The notes beneath the pieces are model-generated. The model did not search any database. It was given only the letters and a program-made list of their open reading frames with translations, and was not told where the DNA came from. DNA of 64,000 nt from Nitrospira sp. (GTDB lineage: Bacteria; Nitrospirota; Nitrospiria; Nitrospirales; Nitrospiraceae). The position numbers and the translations under genes were made by a program. The stretch lies in contig AP038806.1 in assembly GCA_047150005.1 (NCBI GenBank), positions 3,040,001 through 3,104,000 on the forward strand, written 5' to 3'. Below are positions 22,465 to 35,505 of this stretch, piece by piece; positions within the stretch are counted from its first letter, which is position 1; each line of letters begins with the position of its first letter.

Positions 22465-23199
22465 TACCAAGCTTCGCTTGAACCGTTGACCACCATAATT
22501 TGGTGTCGTACGGATGTTGGGTCAACGGATAGTTTGTTTTTGAGTTTGAGTTTTTGTTCATCGTCCTCTACGCAGTTGCGCCAACGAGTCGATCGTCGGC
22601 GTCGTTCTTTGACAACTGAATAGGTCTTGTTGAAAGACCATGTGTATCAGGAGCAAAGTGATTGTTAAGCTACTAAGGGTGTACGGTGAATGCCCTGGCA
22701 TCAGCAGGCGATGAAGGACGTAGCTAGCTGCGATAAGCCTCGGGAAGCCGCAAGCAGGCCGTGATCCGAGGATGTCCGAATGGGGAAACCCAGGCGATGA
22801 ATGCCGCCTATCCTCTTCTGAATCCATAGGAAGAGAGAAGCCCACGCAGGGAAGTGAAACATCTCAGTACCTGCAGGAAGAGAAATCAATCGAGATTCCC
22901 CCAGTAGTGGCGAGCGAAAAGGGAACAGCCCAAACCGCAGTGATGTCAAGCCCGTGTGCGTTGTCGCTGTGGTGTTGTAGGTCTTCGTCGGACGGTGATA
23001 CGGCGCCGTCGGCAAGTTACAAACTAGGATCTTAGTAGAACGGTCTGGAAAGGCCGGCCAAAGAAGGTGACAGCCCTGTACGCGACAAGACCCTAGCTTG
23101 CTGGATGGAGATCCTGAGTACCACGGGGCTCGAGAAACCTTGTGGGAATCCGGGACGACCACGTTCCAAGGCTAAATACTCGCTGATGACCGATAGTGA

Positions 23200-23233
<34 letters not shown>

Positions 23234-23799
23234 GGTGAGGGGAGTGAAATAGAACCTGAAACCGTACACCTACAAGCAACGAAAGGGCTATGCCCGCAAG
23301 GGAATGCCTGATCGTGTGCCTTTTGCTTAATGAGCCTGCGAGTTATCCTGCGTAGCAAGGTTAAGGCGCAAAGCCGGAGCCGTAGCGAAAGCGAGTCCGA
23401 ATTGGGCGTATAGTTGCGTAGGATAGACCCGAAGCGAAGTGATCTACCCATGGCCAAGGTGAATCCGCCGTAACAGGCGGAGGAGGCCTGAACTGCTGTT
23501 TGTTGCAAAAAGCTCGGATGAGCTGTGGGTAGGGGTGAAAGGCTAAACAAACTTCGTGATTGCTGGTTCTCCCCGAAATGTCTAGAGGGACAGCCTCGTG
23601 TCAGCCGTAACGGAGGTAGAGCACTGGATGGGCTAGGGGCGTTCCAACGCTACTGAACCCAACCAAACTCCGAATGCCGTTACTGGACGCACGGGAGTGA
23701 GACTACGGGTGCTAAGATCCGTGGTCAAAAGGGAAATAGCCCAGACCGTCAGCTAAGGTCCCTAAGCGCAAGCTAAGTGGGAAAGGTTGTAACGTCGCT

Positions 23800-23867
<68 letters not shown>

Positions 23868-24524
23868 CGATGTTGCGCCGAAAATATATCGGGGCTCAAG
23901 TTTGCCACCGAAGCTACGGACGTTCATCGAAAGGTGAGTGGTAGGGGAGCATTCTCTCAGCTGTGAAGGTTGACCGACAAGGACAGCTGGAGCGGAGAGA
24001 AGAGATTATGCAGGCATAAGTAGCGATAAACGATGTGAGAATCATCGTCCCCGTAAGCCTAAGGTTTCCTGGCCTATGTTCGTCAGGTCAGGGTTAGTCG
24101 GATCCTAAGCCGAGGTCGAAAGACGTAGGCGATGGGAAACAGGTCAACATTCCTGTACCACTGTAATGGCGTTATCAGCGAAGGGGGGACGCAGAAGGGT
24201 AGGCACCGCCGGGTCCCTGGAATACCCGGTCCAAGCTGGTAGGCGGGTCTCGTTGGCAAATCCGCGAGGCCGTTACCGCCGAGAAGCGATGGGGAGGCCG
24301 CAAGGCCATAAACGGACTGATCCCATGCTGCCGAGAAAAGCCTCGTAGCGAGTCATTATAGTGTCCGTACCGCAAACCGACACAGGTAGGTGGGTAGAAT
24401 ATACCAAGGGGCGTGAGAGAACACTCCCTAAGGAACTTTGCAATTTAGCCCCGTAACTTCGGGAGAAGGGGTGCCACGCGTAGGTGAGGGTGTACAATCC
24501 GAGCCGAACGTGGTTGCAATAAAG

Positions 24525-24563
<39 letters not shown>

Positions 24564-24661
24564 GAACACGGAAGTGGACGTATAGGGTCTGACGCCTGCC
24601 CGGTGCTGGAAGGTTAACCGGAGGAGTTAACCGCAAGGTGAAGCTTTGAAGGGAAGCCCCA

Positions 24662-24696
<35 letters not shown>

Positions 24697-24970
24697 TAGG
24701 AATCGCTAGCCTTAGTAAAATCCGGCCATATGCTGGAAGGTCTGTGAATCCCGCGCTACGCGGAAGGAATCTTCCGTGTGACAATGCGACGGGTGCAGAT
24801 AATCAGCAGGAAAGACTCGAAGCCTGGCCTTCGAGAATCCTCAGAGACTGTACGCCGGAATCCAATTCTAGTTGGATAAGAGATAGTCCGATCTGTATGG
24901 CGACATACAGAGACCGGCAGAAATGTCCGGTCCCCATTTGACCTTACGAGGGAAAACGGGTAACAGAGTG
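24697..24970 (+). ncRNA. Group I intron at 23S position 1931, ORF-less, 274 nt
   Basis: P1 CUAAGGU/GCCUUAG with U-G pair; P10 UCGCU/AGCGA; core AUGCUGGAA, AAUCAGCAGG, CAGAGACU, AAGAGAUAGUCC; terminal G. Confidence 0.92.
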
Positions 24971-25188
24971 AGCGAAATTCCTTGTCGGGTAAGTAACATT
25001 GCCCGTGGCGGGAGCAATCCCGTCCAAGCAACCGGCTCAAATCGGTGGAGCCCACACGGCGCCTTGCAGGGGTGCCGCGGGTAATACCGAGGGTAAGATC
25101 GTCACAAGACGATCCCCGTAACGACTCAGGGGTTGAGATCCCTGGATGGAATCGAACGGTTCCATAACACGCCGGCCCTGATCAACTG

Positions 25189-25722
<534 letters not shown>

Positions 25723-26115
25723 GCTGTCTCGGGGAGTGACTCAGCGAATTTGTTGTTCCGGTGAAGAAGCCGGGTGCCCGCAACTAGACGGAAAGACCCT
25801 GTGCACCTTTACTACAACTTGACATTGGATGTTGGAAAGAGCTGTGTAGGATAGGTGGGAGCCTGTGAAGCTTGGCCGCTAGGTCGAGTGGAGGCGACGT
25901 TGAAATACCACCCTGATCGTTCTGATATTCTAACTCGGTCCTGTCATCCAGGACGAAGACAGTGTCTGGTGGGTAGTTTGACTGGGGCGGTCGCCTCCCA
26001 AAAGGTAACGGAGGCGCCCAAAGGTTCCCTCAGGCTGGTCGGTAATCAGCCGTCGAGTGTAAAGGCAGAAGGGAGCTTGACTGCGAGAGCGACAGCTCGA
26101 GCAGGGACGAAAGTC

Positions 26116-26242
<127 letters not shown>

Positions 26243-26270
26243 ACTCATCGCATCCTGGGGCTGAAGCTGG

Positions 26271-26308
<38 letters not shown>

Positions 26309-26313
26309 AGAGT

Positions 26314-26350
<37 letters not shown>

Positions 26351-26689
26351 TGTTGTGGGCGGAGGAGAGTTGAGAGGGGCTTTCACTAGTACGAGAGGAC
26401 TGTGAAGGACGGACCGCTAGTGTGCCGGTTGTCGTGCCAACGGCAGTGCCGGGTAGCTATGTCCGGTGTCGATAATCGCTGAAAGCATCTAAGCGAGAAG
26501 CGTGCCTCAAGATAAGCTCTCCCGGGGCGTAAGCCCCCTAAAGACCACTCGTAGACCACGAGTTTGATAGGCTGGGTGTGGAAGGTCCGTAAGGGCCGTA
26601 GCTAACCAGTACTAATCGGTCGTGCGGTTTAACATCCTTTGCTCCTGATAGACATGGTCTTCATCACAACGCACAGAACGCGTTGTGAA

Positions 26690-26758
26690 AGTGCTGAGAC
26701 AAAAGTTCTGAGTGCTGAGTATTTCAAGCTCAGGACTCAGGACCCAGCACTCAGGACT
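26690..26758. repeat. Heptamer repeats AGT(G/T)CTG and their inverse CAG(G/C)ACT in the 23S-5S spacer
   Basis: agttctg agtgctg agt ... ctcaggactcaggacccagcactcaggact. Confidence 0.7.
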
Positions 26759-26774
26759 CTATTCAGTTCGCTGT

Positions 26775-26891
26775 TCCCGGTGGCCATACCGGAGGGGCCA
26801 CACCCGTTCCCATACCGAACACGGAAGTTAAGCCCTCCAAGGCCGATGCTACTGCTGCCGTGAGGCAGTGGGAAAGTAGGACGCTGCCGGG
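26775..26891 (+). rRNA. rrf: 5S rRNA
   Basis: CACCCGTTCCCATACCGAACACGGAAGTTAAGC; GGGAAAGTAGG; ends approximate. Confidence 0.95.
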
Positions 26892-26895
26892 TTAC

Positions 26896-26938
26896 AAAAA
26901 GGAGCCTGCTAGAGCAATCTAGCAGGCTCTTTTATTTT
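26896..26938 (+). terminator. Intrinsic rrn terminator
   Basis: GAGCCTGCTAGA-GCAA-TCTAGCAGGCTC hairpin with T tract, preceded by an A tract. Confidence 0.85.
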
Positions 26939-27609
26939 GAAGCGCAGTTCGGCGTTCAGACAAAAAATGAAAAGAGGCGGGTCCTGCCGCTGACCAGCCC
27001 AGCCGGCTTCGCACCCCGCCGGGTGTAGGGACCCCCGTTGCGCGCGGTGGGTCGCCCCGTTCGCCACGCCACCCGCAAGGGGAGACACTCAGCCATCCGC
27101 TATGAAGCAGACACGCGCTGCAATCGCTTGTTGATCGCAGCGCTTAGAAGATATTTCGCGATTTGATCGAACGCGGCGGTATGAGCAAGCTTGTTGTGGA
27201 CTTCTGGGTGTTTCAATCGTCCATTAGGGAAATCTAGAGGACCTCTTTCTTATGAAACTCAGCTGCGCGGACTACTGCCCATAAAGGAAAGGCAGTCCCT
27301 GGCAGGTTGTTTTAGGTGGAAGGACTATAAGTTTGTTTTCTATCCTGAATAATGGCCAATAGCTCTTTCATCGAGTTTTCCTGACGAGCTAAAAGAGACT
27401 CGCTCTCCATCAACCGCATTTGCTTGGCAAACCATACGGTGCAACCGAGAGGAAGGATCTTCTGGTCCGAATCATCCGTGGGGAGGGCTCCCGTTGACAA
27501 TACGAATTCCAGACAGCAGGAGTAGTTCCAATCCTGACCTTCCCCCTGAAAACTAGACCATTGGCAAGGAAGTGCACCTGTGCTGAGATGGGCCCCACAG
27601 GAGGGGGCC

Positions 27610-27876
27610 ATGACACGAAAGCGGCACACGGAGGAACAGATCATTGCGGTACTCAAGGATGCCCAGGCGGGCACAGGCATTCAGGAGCTCTGCCGCAAAC
27701 ACGGCATCTCGGACGCCACGTTTTATAAGTGGCGGGCGAAATATGCCGGGCTCGAAGTTAGTGATGTGAAGAAGCTCCGCCAGCTGGAAGACGAAAACCG
27801 GCGGCTCAAGCAGATGGTGGCAGACCACGCCCTGGACATCCAGGCGCTGAAAGCGGTCAACGCAAAAAACTGGTAG
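27610..27876 (+). CDS. IS3 transposase OrfA (HTH)
   Basis: RHTEEQII...[21 protein letters not shown] slippery site at 27864. Confidence 0.9.
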   Translation: MTRKRHTEEQIIAVLKDAQAGTGIQELCRKHGISDATFYKWRAKYAGLEVSDVKKLRQLEDENRRLKQMVADHALDIQALKAVNAKNW

Positions 27877-28739
27877 GGCCCAAGGCGAAGCGAGCGGCGG
27901 CTCAGTGGAGCACCGAGCGCTTTGGGCTCAGTCAACGACGGATGTGCCGGCTCTTGGCCCTCGATCGCCAGACGCTTCGGTATCGGAGTCGTCGCCACGA
28001 CGATGAGGCGCTGCGGACCCGGATCCGCGAGATTGCCGAGACCAAGCGGCGGTACGGCTGTCCCCGGATCTATGTGCGCTTACGGCGCGAGGGCTGGCGT
28101 GTGAACCATAAGAAAGTGGAACGGATTTATTATGGGGACGAAGGCCTGTCGTTACGCCGGCGTCGACGGAAGAAATTCGCCGCGGTGCCGCGCGTCGCGC
28201 TCCCCCGGCCGACACAGCCGGGGCGCTGTTATGCCCTGGATTTTGTGCACGACCGATTGGTGACCGGACGACGGTATAAATGTTTGACGATGACCGATCC
28301 GTGTTCGAAAGAGGTCCCGGTGATTGAGGTCGAGGTGTCGATCGGTGGGGCACGAGTGTGCCGGATTCTCGATCGGGTGTTTCTCACTCGCCCGCTGCCC
28401 GAGACGCTGATCCTGGATAACGGCCCAGAATTCGCGGGGACGGCGCTCGATGCCTGGGCGGCGCAGCACGGCGTGCATCTGCACTTCATTCAGCCAGGGA
28501 AGCCGGTGCAGAACGCGTTTATCGAGAGCTTCAATGGTAAGTTTCGGGATGAATGTCTCAACGAGCATTGGTTTGTGACGCTGCAGGAAGCGCAGGTCGT
28601 GAGTGAAGCGTGGCGACGGGAATACAACGAAGACCGGACGCATAGCGCAATTGGGGATGTGACACCCCAGGAGTTCATTACCAACTATCAAAACCAGGCC
28701 CAGCCGACACAGGAGCTAACTTCCTCAGCTTTGGTGTAA
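27873..28739 (+). CDS. IS3 transposase OrfB (DDE), reached by -1 frameshift
   Basis: [25 protein letters not shown]. Confidence 0.9.
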   Translation, partial: VGPKAKRAAAQWSTERFGLSQRRMCRLLALDRQTLRYRSRRHDDEALRTRIREIAETKRRYGCPRIYVRLRREGWRVNHKKVERIYYGDEGLSLRRRRRKKFAAVPRVALPRPTQPGRCYALDFVHDRLVTGRRYKCLTMTDPCSKEVPVIEVEVSIGGARVCRILDRVFLTRPLPETLILDNGPEFAGTALDAWAAQHGVHLHFIQPGKPVQNAFIESFNGKFRDECLNEHWFVTLQEAQVVSEAWRREYNEDRTHSAIGDVTPQEFITNYQNQAQPTQELTSSALV

Positions 28740-28767
28740 TAAAGGGGGGAAGGTCAATCCCATGAGA

Positions 28768-29916
28768 TGTGGAAGCTAGAACTTAATCTGACAGTCAGCT
28801 AGAGTCCTCCCTCTTCACGAAAGGAGCGAGGACCATGACGACGGAACAAAAGATCATTAAGACGAAAGTCGGCGTGCTGGAACTGGCGAAGCAGCTCGGC
28901 AATGTCTCCAAAGCCTGCCAGCTGATGGGGTATAGCCGCGATAGTTTCTATCGATTCAAGGAACTCTACGAGACCGGCGGCGAGGCCGCGCTTCAAGAGA
29001 TTTCGCGGCAGAAGCCGCTCCTCAAGAATCGGGTGGCACCCGAGGTGGAACAGGCCATCGTGCAGATCGCTATTGAGCAACCCGCGTGGGGACAAGCCCG
29101 CGTGGCGAATGAACTGCGCAAGCAGGCGCTGTCCATCTCCCCAGCGGGCGTGCGCTGTATCTGGCTCCGCCATGATCTCGCAACGATGCGGAAACGCTTA
29201 AAGGCACTGGAAGCGAAGGTAGCCCAAGCGGGACTGGTGCTTACCGAGGCCCAAGTCGTGGCGCTGGAGAAGGCGACGGCGGACAAAGAGGCCCACGGCG
29301 AATTTGAGAGCGAATGTCCCGGCTACTGCGGCGCGCAGGATACGTTCTACGTCGGCACCTTGAAGGGCGTCGGCCGCATCTACCAGCAAACCTTCATCGA
29401 TACCTACAGCAAGGTGGGATTTGCGAAGCTGTACGACCGCAAGACGCCGGTGACGGCCGCGGAATTGCTCAATGATCGGGTCTTGCCGTTCTTCGAGCAG
29501 CATGCCATTCCGCTGAACCGTGTGCTCACGGATCGCGGCACGGAATACTGTGGAACTCCGGAGCGCCATGAGTACGAACTCTATCTGGCCGTGGAGAACA
29601 TCGATCATACGCGCACCAAGACGCGGCATCCCCAGACCAACGGGATCTGTGAACGGTTCCACAAGACCATGTTGAACGAGTTTTACCGCGTGGCGCTCCG
29701 CAAGAAGATCTATCGAACGCTGGAGGACCTCCAGGCTGACTTGGATGCGTGGATCCAGGAGTACAACGAGCAGCGCCCCCACCAAGGGCGCTGGTGCTAT
29801 GGCAAGACACCGATGCAGACGTTTCTCGATAGTGTGCCACTGGCCAAGGAGAAAATGTTAGCGGCCTAAACCCGGTGAGGACTCGCTGTCTGTCAGATGA
29901 AGTCGTGAGTTATACA
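28768..29916 (+). mobile_element. IS481-family insertion sequence
   Basis: TGT...ACA ends with imperfect TIR (ATCTGACAG core); CATGAGA duplicated on both sides. Confidence 0.9.
28835..29869 (+). CDS. IS481 transposase
   Basis: [35 protein letters not shown]. Confidence 0.92.
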   Translation: MTTEQKIIKTKVGVLELAKQLGNVSKACQLMGYSRDSFYRFKELYETGGEAALQEISRQKPLLKNRVAPEVEQAIVQIAIEQPAWGQARVANELRKQALSISPAGVRCIWLRHDLATMRKRLKALEAKVAQAGLVLTEAQVVALEKATADKEAHGEFESECPGYCGAQDTFYVGTLKGVGRIYQQTFIDTYSKVGFAKLYDRKTPVTAAELLNDRVLPFFEQHAIPLNRVLTDRGTEYCGTPERHEYELYLAVENIDHTRTKTRHPQTNGICERFHKTMLNEFYRVALRKKIYRTLEDLQADLDAWIQEYNEQRPHQGRWCYGKTPMQTFLDSVPLAKEKMLAA

Positions 29917-31887
29917 CATGAGAATCGTATTCGCATCAGGAAGGTCCCCGACCTTTGATTCCACACGATCACCCAAAATCGGTGCCTCCCCTGCACCCTG
30001 ACGAATACGCGCTTCGCGAATAGATGCTTCGAGCCGCTCATCCTGGCTCATCATCGCGCCCAAAACTTTCCAGACCGTCTCAAAACGACTTTCCTCTATG
30101 ATAAGAACAGGATCTTCCTCTTCCTGCACTGAGACAGGGATAAGGATGTAGGCCCTTTCCTTCCCAGGAAGCATACGCAATGCACGACCTGTAGCCTGAA
30201 CAATATCAATGACTGAGTCTCGGGGATCAGCGAAGAACACGCCGTCCACCACGGGAACATTTACCCCTTCGCCCAGACAACGCGCATTGGAAATAACTCC
30301 GCGCGGACTCATTTGGAACTCTCTAAGCACACGATTGCGCGCACCTGTTTGCATCTCTCCATTGATATGCTTCGCCACGTAGTGCAACCCCGGGCTCATC
30401 TTTTCAAGAACTACCGGTAGACTATCGGGCTCGTTGGCATCAACAAAACACGCCGCCCGATGGACTCGATTGTGGAAGGAAAAAATCTTCTTGATGTTAT
30501 ATAAGGTTATAGCTTTGCCAAGCGCAATCCGTTGTGCCAGTCCCTCCGCATGCCATCGTTCTTCATCATCGGTTTGAATCGTGTGCCCACCCCTGACCAA
30601 CTCGGCGATTTCCTGTTCAGTAACGCCAATCACGACGACTCGATAATCAGCAACAATCTTTTCGCGGATAGCGTCGGCAAAACTCAGACGGTACAAGGTA
30701 GGTCCAAACACATCAGGATCGTCCATTGAAAAGAGGGGGCAAGTATCCTCCTGATCCTTGGCTCGATATTGCGGGGCAACAACCTTGGGAGTGGCTGTCA
30801 TGAATAATCGTTTCTTAGCTGGGATCAACGTATCTTCCAGCACTTCAGAAAAAGTCTTGCCAGCGATGCCAGCGACTCGGTGGGCTTCATCACAGATAAC
30901 CAGGTCAAATTGCCATCCTTTCACACTCGGATGGCGGAGCCCCTGAACGAGCACAGGACTGCTGTGATAGGTCGAGAATACGATCTGCGGAACGGATGGG
31001 GATTGCATAAGAAAGGCAACGAGATCATCGGCATTCGTTGATACCTTGATCCCTAGGTCTGAAGGGTCAGCTTCCCAAGAATCCAGTGTGTGGAGAGCGG
31101 CTACCGATTCGTCACTGCATACACACAGATACCGAAACCCTTTCCCACGAACTCTGTGCCATTCCTCCAGAGTTTGCTTAATTAGCGCGAGGCTAGGAAC
31201 CATGAGCAAGACGCGCTGAGCTTGGAGCCGATCAGCGACCCACTTTCCAATCAGAGTTTTCCCCGCTCCACATGGTAAGATGGCCTGACCACGAAGGTGT
31301 TCTGCAAATCCATGTACCACAGACTCAATGGCTTCCTCTTGAAAGGGACGTGGTTGTAATGGTGGTTCAGGTTTCTTTCTCCGATGACAGACATATTCTG
31401 CTAGTGAGTCGAAAAATGAAGCGTCCAGCTTCAGCAAATCCTCTATAAGCAACTGCCCATGGCTTTTCCGTTCCCTGGCTACTCGAGGAAGATCATCAAC
31501 GTTGGATATGACCAAACGGAAGTCCGCACGGTCCGAAACCATGTAAAAGGTGGACAGCTCTCGTTGAGAAGGAATATCTGACCGATCGACGCGAAACTTT
31601 GCTTGATAGGCTGTCAAGGTTCCGTCGTAATGAAGCAGAATTCCGTCGATACCTGCGTCCTGTCGACTAGAACAGCCTAATCTTGTCAGCACATTGTCTG
31701 GGACATCACGGAATCTCCAAACCTGTGTTGCCTGATAGAAATCTTTTTGAAGGTGCAAGTACGCAAGACAGAACTCTTCAAACGCTTCACCCCGCTCCTG
31801 CTGAGAGGCAAGGGCCCCGATTGTACGTTCAAGGTTGGCCCAGGTCGTAATCGATGGCCAGTTGAAGCTGCGGATAGTTCTAAACAT
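29917..31887 (-). pseudogene. Restriction-nuclease/SF2 helicase fusion, interrupted by IS481 and IS3
   Basis: N-terminal GEAFE..D.GIDG..QAK nuclease motif; GAGKT, DEAH, TAT, QATGRALR; ORF runs into the IS481 end. Confidence 0.8.
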
Positions 31888-32063
31888 GTCGTGAGAGGCT
31901 ACGATTCGCCAAGCGATCGTGTCAACCTAGGCCCCTGCGGTCGAGAAAATGGTGTCGGGAACCATTCCACTGTCGTGATAGAAGAAGTCGATACTGACAA
32001 TAGGCGTGTGGCGGGAATGACGGTCGTCAGATGCAGGCAAGGACAGCATCCCGTGGCAGGACG

Positions 32064-32699
32064 CTAGTTGGAAGCTGTTGCCGGGGAGCGAAAGAGCAAG
32101 CCGGTAGTCGAAATCCGGAGCTCGTACGTCGCCTGATCACGGGCGGGGATAAACGCTGCGGAACCGTACTCCGCGTCGACAATGGGTGCGAGCCAGGCAT
32201 GGCGGCGCCGCAAGGTGAACAGATCGATCAAGCGGTCATTGGAGAGGGCATAGATGGTCCGCGGCTTCGCCCGCTCGTCAGCAATGTCGTGGTACCGTCC
32301 CGAGATCCGATCCAATTCGTACGCCGTATGCAGGCCGATGAGGTTCGCCCAGGACTTCCACTTCAAGATGTGCGCATCGACATATATTTCATTGCCGCCC
32401 AAGGCATAGGTTTCCGGGGGTCCGTCCGGGAATCGCATGGTCACGAGAAATTCTTCCGGCCCAGTCGATTCAGCGCGAATCGTTGCGACGAGATCTTCTC
32501 GCGTCAACGCCTGATAGCCCTGCAGCGAGAGATGGATCGTGAGAAAGAACAGCCCGGTGGCGAGGCAGGCTAAGGCCATCGCGCTGTGCAGGGAAAAACG
32601 GAGAAACCGTTTCCGGCGAACCGCAGCCACAGCAGTCCAGAGAAATGCCAAGCCCAGCACACCGAAACCGATCGCGACGATGGTCAGCGTAGAATCCAT
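32064..32699 (-). CDS. Hypothetical membrane protein
   Basis: Two N-terminal TM segments plus a soluble domain; GAGG upstream. Confidence 0.7.
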   Translation of the reverse strand: MDSTLTIVAIGFGVLGLAFLWTAVAAVRRKRFLRFSLHSAMALACLATGLFFLTIHLSLQGYQALTREDLVATIRAESTGPEEFLVTMRFPDGPPETYALGGNEIYVDAHILKWKSWANLIGLHTAYELDRISGRYHDIADERAKPRTIYALSNDRLIDLFTLRRRHAWLAPIVDAEYGSAAFIPARDQATYELRISTTGLLFRSPATASN

Positions 32700-33037
32700 C
32701 TTGATCCCTCAGAGCGATTGTTGCTCAGGCGTTGACGACTGTCACGTGAAAAGCTGCTGGCGCAGGCCACCAGCTTAGGGAGCTAATCAGATGGAACCTG
32801 CAAACTCACGACTATGTTAAACCTAACAAGAGTCCCTCTATAACAGCGGGTTTCTCCTTCACTAGTCGCAAGACAGTATGACCTCGCCTCTGTCAGCAAG
32901 AGGATGCTGGAACACGCGCGTTTTCAAGTGACCAACATCTATGTTCAGCTCACACGGTCACTGGTTTCCACAACTGACTTGGTATATGTTCTCGGCCTGT
33001 GGTTTCTGAACAAGACTTTATCTGGGGGAGACTTACG

Positions 33038-33544
33038 ATGAACATCAGATTCCTGACCCTGTGGCTGGCGCTAGGGCTGCTCATCGCCGGAGGCTGCGCG
33101 AAGGTAAAGCAGATGTACGAGGATAAGAGATACGAGATCAAAGTACGCACGAATTTCGAGGAGTCCGCCGACTTCTCTTCGTTTCACACATTTGCCCATT
33201 CGGGGATGACGGACAGAGGGCGAAAGATCGCGGCCACTGACAACAGTTCTCCCTTGAGGACCAGGGTCAAAGAGATCGTCAACAAGCAGCTCGTCGCCAA
33301 GGAACTTCGACAAGTGGGCTTGGAAGAGAGCCCAGACCTGCTGGTGCACTTGTTATTCGGCATGATGGATGCCGATAAATTTCAGGAAGCCACCTTGGTA
33401 GTGAATCTGTCTGAATCGTCGAAAAAGAAGAAGGTATGGCAGGCAGTGATCACCGAAACAGTGGGAGACAGCTTGGAGAAGAACTTTGAAATGATCAACA
33501 AGGGAGTCGCCAAGGCATTCAAAGACTATCCCCCGGCCAAATGA
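33038..33544 (+). CDS. DUF4136-like lipoprotein
   Basis: Lipobox AGGC; ADFSSFHTF; ends FKDYPP. Confidence 0.65.
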   Translation: MNIRFLTLWLALGLLIAGGCAKVKQMYEDKRYEIKVRTNFEESADFSSFHTFAHSGMTDRGRKIAATDNSSPLRTRVKEIVNKQLVAKELRQVGLEESPDLLVHLLFGMMDADKFQEATLVVNLSESSKKKKVWQAVITETVGDSLEKNFEMINKGVAKAFKDYPPAK

Positions 33545-33678
33545 AGGGATAGGACTGGACCAAGAAAAAGAGACAGGCTGAATCCGCCGAAGCCCAGCCA
33601 ACATCGAACGGATGGCCATGGCTGTCGAGGGCGATGACCAGCGGTGCGTGATCGATACGGGAATCTGAGGGATCAATC

Positions 33679-33790
33679 ATGATCAAGAATTCGGACATGC
33701 TGTACCTACGCCGCTGCGTCGAACTTGTGGCAGAGGCTCTGGAGGCGGGCGAGGATCCGTTCGGCTCCGTGCTCGCTGCAGCAGACGGAA
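33679..33790 (+). pseudogene. 5' fragment of a nucleoside deaminase (paralog of 40822-41310)
   Basis: MIKNSDMLYLRRCVELVAEALEAGEDPFGSVL, then similarity stops. Confidence 0.8.
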
Positions 33791-34119
33791 CCCGTTCTTT
33801 CCCTCCCGGGCCGAGTGCATTCGCGCATGATTCGGCGGGATTTGAACGGTCGCGCAACTAACTCCGTAACGGTCTATCGGTTCACCTCACCCACCTATGC
33901 ACATAGGTTCCCGTTCTTGGATTGCAACTCTGGGCTGATGAAGCATGAGAGTGCTTCCCTAGTTTGGCAATAGCTGAATCAAACAAGGGAGCTGTGCATG
34001 AATCGGTGTGACCAGAACGCCCTAGAAAAAGGTCGTGACGCTTCGTGCGATCGAGGCTGGACCGACATGAGGGAAGCAAATGGCGGAGGCCGTCCAGGAA
34101 ATTATCGTATTATGTAGCG

Positions 34120-34851
34120 CTAATATATGCTTTTGCTTACCTCAGCGGATAGCGCACTATTGTTGCCAGAGGTGTCGAATGCGGAAACGGCAAAGAAGTA
34201 TGACTGGCCGGTGGGCAAATTACTAATCGTGTACGTGTTTAGCTTTCCTATCGTAAAAGGGGACCCGGGGTAGCTGTACGTCCCCGAAGCCGTACCCACA
34301 TAGATTTTGTAACCTGCCAAATTACTTTCGCTTCCGAGATCCCACGACAAGATGGCCGACGTATTGGTCGTTGATGTGGTTGTCCCCGATGAACTATTGG
34401 TCGTAGTGGTTCCCGAACTGGTTGTCGTGGCCGGACTGATGATGAGAGTGATAGGGAGAGATGCGGTACCCCCCTTGGAGAGGTTGATGAATACCGTGGT
34501 CGTGTAACTTCCGGAAGCCAAGCCTGATGTATTGACGGAGAGAGTAATCTGAGTTGCCTTCGTGATGGTCCCTGTGCCGGGGGAGAGCGAAAGCCAAGTC
34601 GCACTCTCGGTGGCTGTCCAGCTGGCCTGACGCGAACTTCCCTTGTTCACACTGATCGCTTGGCTTGGAGGATTCTCCGCTCCTTGAACGGCCTGAAAAA
34701 TTACCGACCCTGGACTGACCGATGCGGCCCACGCTTCCTGACATGTCAGGATTGCGATCCCGAGCGCCAAAACCGCGGCGCACAACGATGTGGTTTCTGA
34801 AACAGTCGCCCTGCCAAGAACTGGGACCATAGAGAATTGTTGCATATCCAC
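34120..34851 (-). CDS. Secreted BACON-like plus fibronectin III protein
   Basis: WTATESATWLSLSP; Thr/Ser linker; LAGYKIYVG...YFFAVSAFD. Confidence 0.75.
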   Translation of the reverse strand: MDMQQFSMVPVLGRATVSETTSLCAAVLALGIAILTCQEAWAASVSPGSVIFQAVQGAENPPSQAISVNKGSSRQASWTATESATWLSLSPGTGTITKATQITLSVNTSGLASGSYTTTVFINLSKGGTASLPITLIISPATTTSSGTTTTNSSSGTTTSTTNTSAILSWDLGSESNLAGYKIYVGTASGTYSYPGSPFTIGKLNTYTISNLPTGQSYFFAVSAFDTSGNNSALSAEVSKSIY

Positions 34852-35124
34852 CTAGTGTGGCTTGGAGTTATTGTGTGCCTTGCCAGGCTCGGACAAACGT
34901 TCAACTCGTAGCAACACCGATGCCGTGCCAATCAACAAGAGAGTGTGATGTGAATACGAGCCATTATGGCTCGTGATGTGTCGACCTTGATCCAAAGATT
35001 GAAGGGCAAACCGTTCGCTGAGGAGCAAATATGTCCGTCAAGTCCACACGGCGCACCCCAAGCGTCCAATATGGGAAGACTGTAGCAACAAGGCGGCCTC
35101 AGGTAAGGAGCCGAACGGGACTCC

Positions 35125-35454
35125 ATGTCCAAGAGCGAATGCGGCGCCGTTATGGAAGAGACCATGGCCTATTGCGAGGTGCTGAAGAAGAGCGGCCAGC
35201 TCCTCGCGGTAGAGCAACTCGACCCCATAAGGACAGCCATGAGTGTAAGGGTCCGAAGCGGGAAGTTGTCCGTGACCGACGGTCTCTTTGCTGAAACGAA
35301 GGAGCAGCTCGGCGGGTTTGTTCTACTTGATGTCCGAGACCTGAACGAGGCCGTCCAAGTGGCCTCGAAATTTCCAGCAGTACGGTTTGGGACCATGGAG
35401 GTGCGGCCGGTCAGAGACATTCCCGGCAGCGACCACTTCGCGGGTGCTTTATAA
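35125..35454 (+). CDS. YciI family protein, possibly 5' truncated
   Basis: TDGLFAETKEQLGGF, EVRP. Confidence 0.7.
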   Translation: MSKSECGAVMEETMAYCEVLKKSGQLLAVEQLDPIRTAMSVRVRSGKLSVTDGLFAETKEQLGGFVLLDVRDLNEAVQVASKFPAVRFGTMEVRPVRDIPGSDHFAGAL

Positions 35455-35505
35455 GAGTTCATCATGTGAAGAGTTGTGAATCAGACTACGGAAAGGAGAA
35501 TAGTC

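Larger units (their letters stand above)
27535..28756 (+). mobile_element. IS3-family insertion sequence
   Basis: TIRs TGACCTTCCCCC.../...GGGGGAAGGTCA; 4-bp duplication ATCC; orfA and orfB. Confidence 0.92.
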
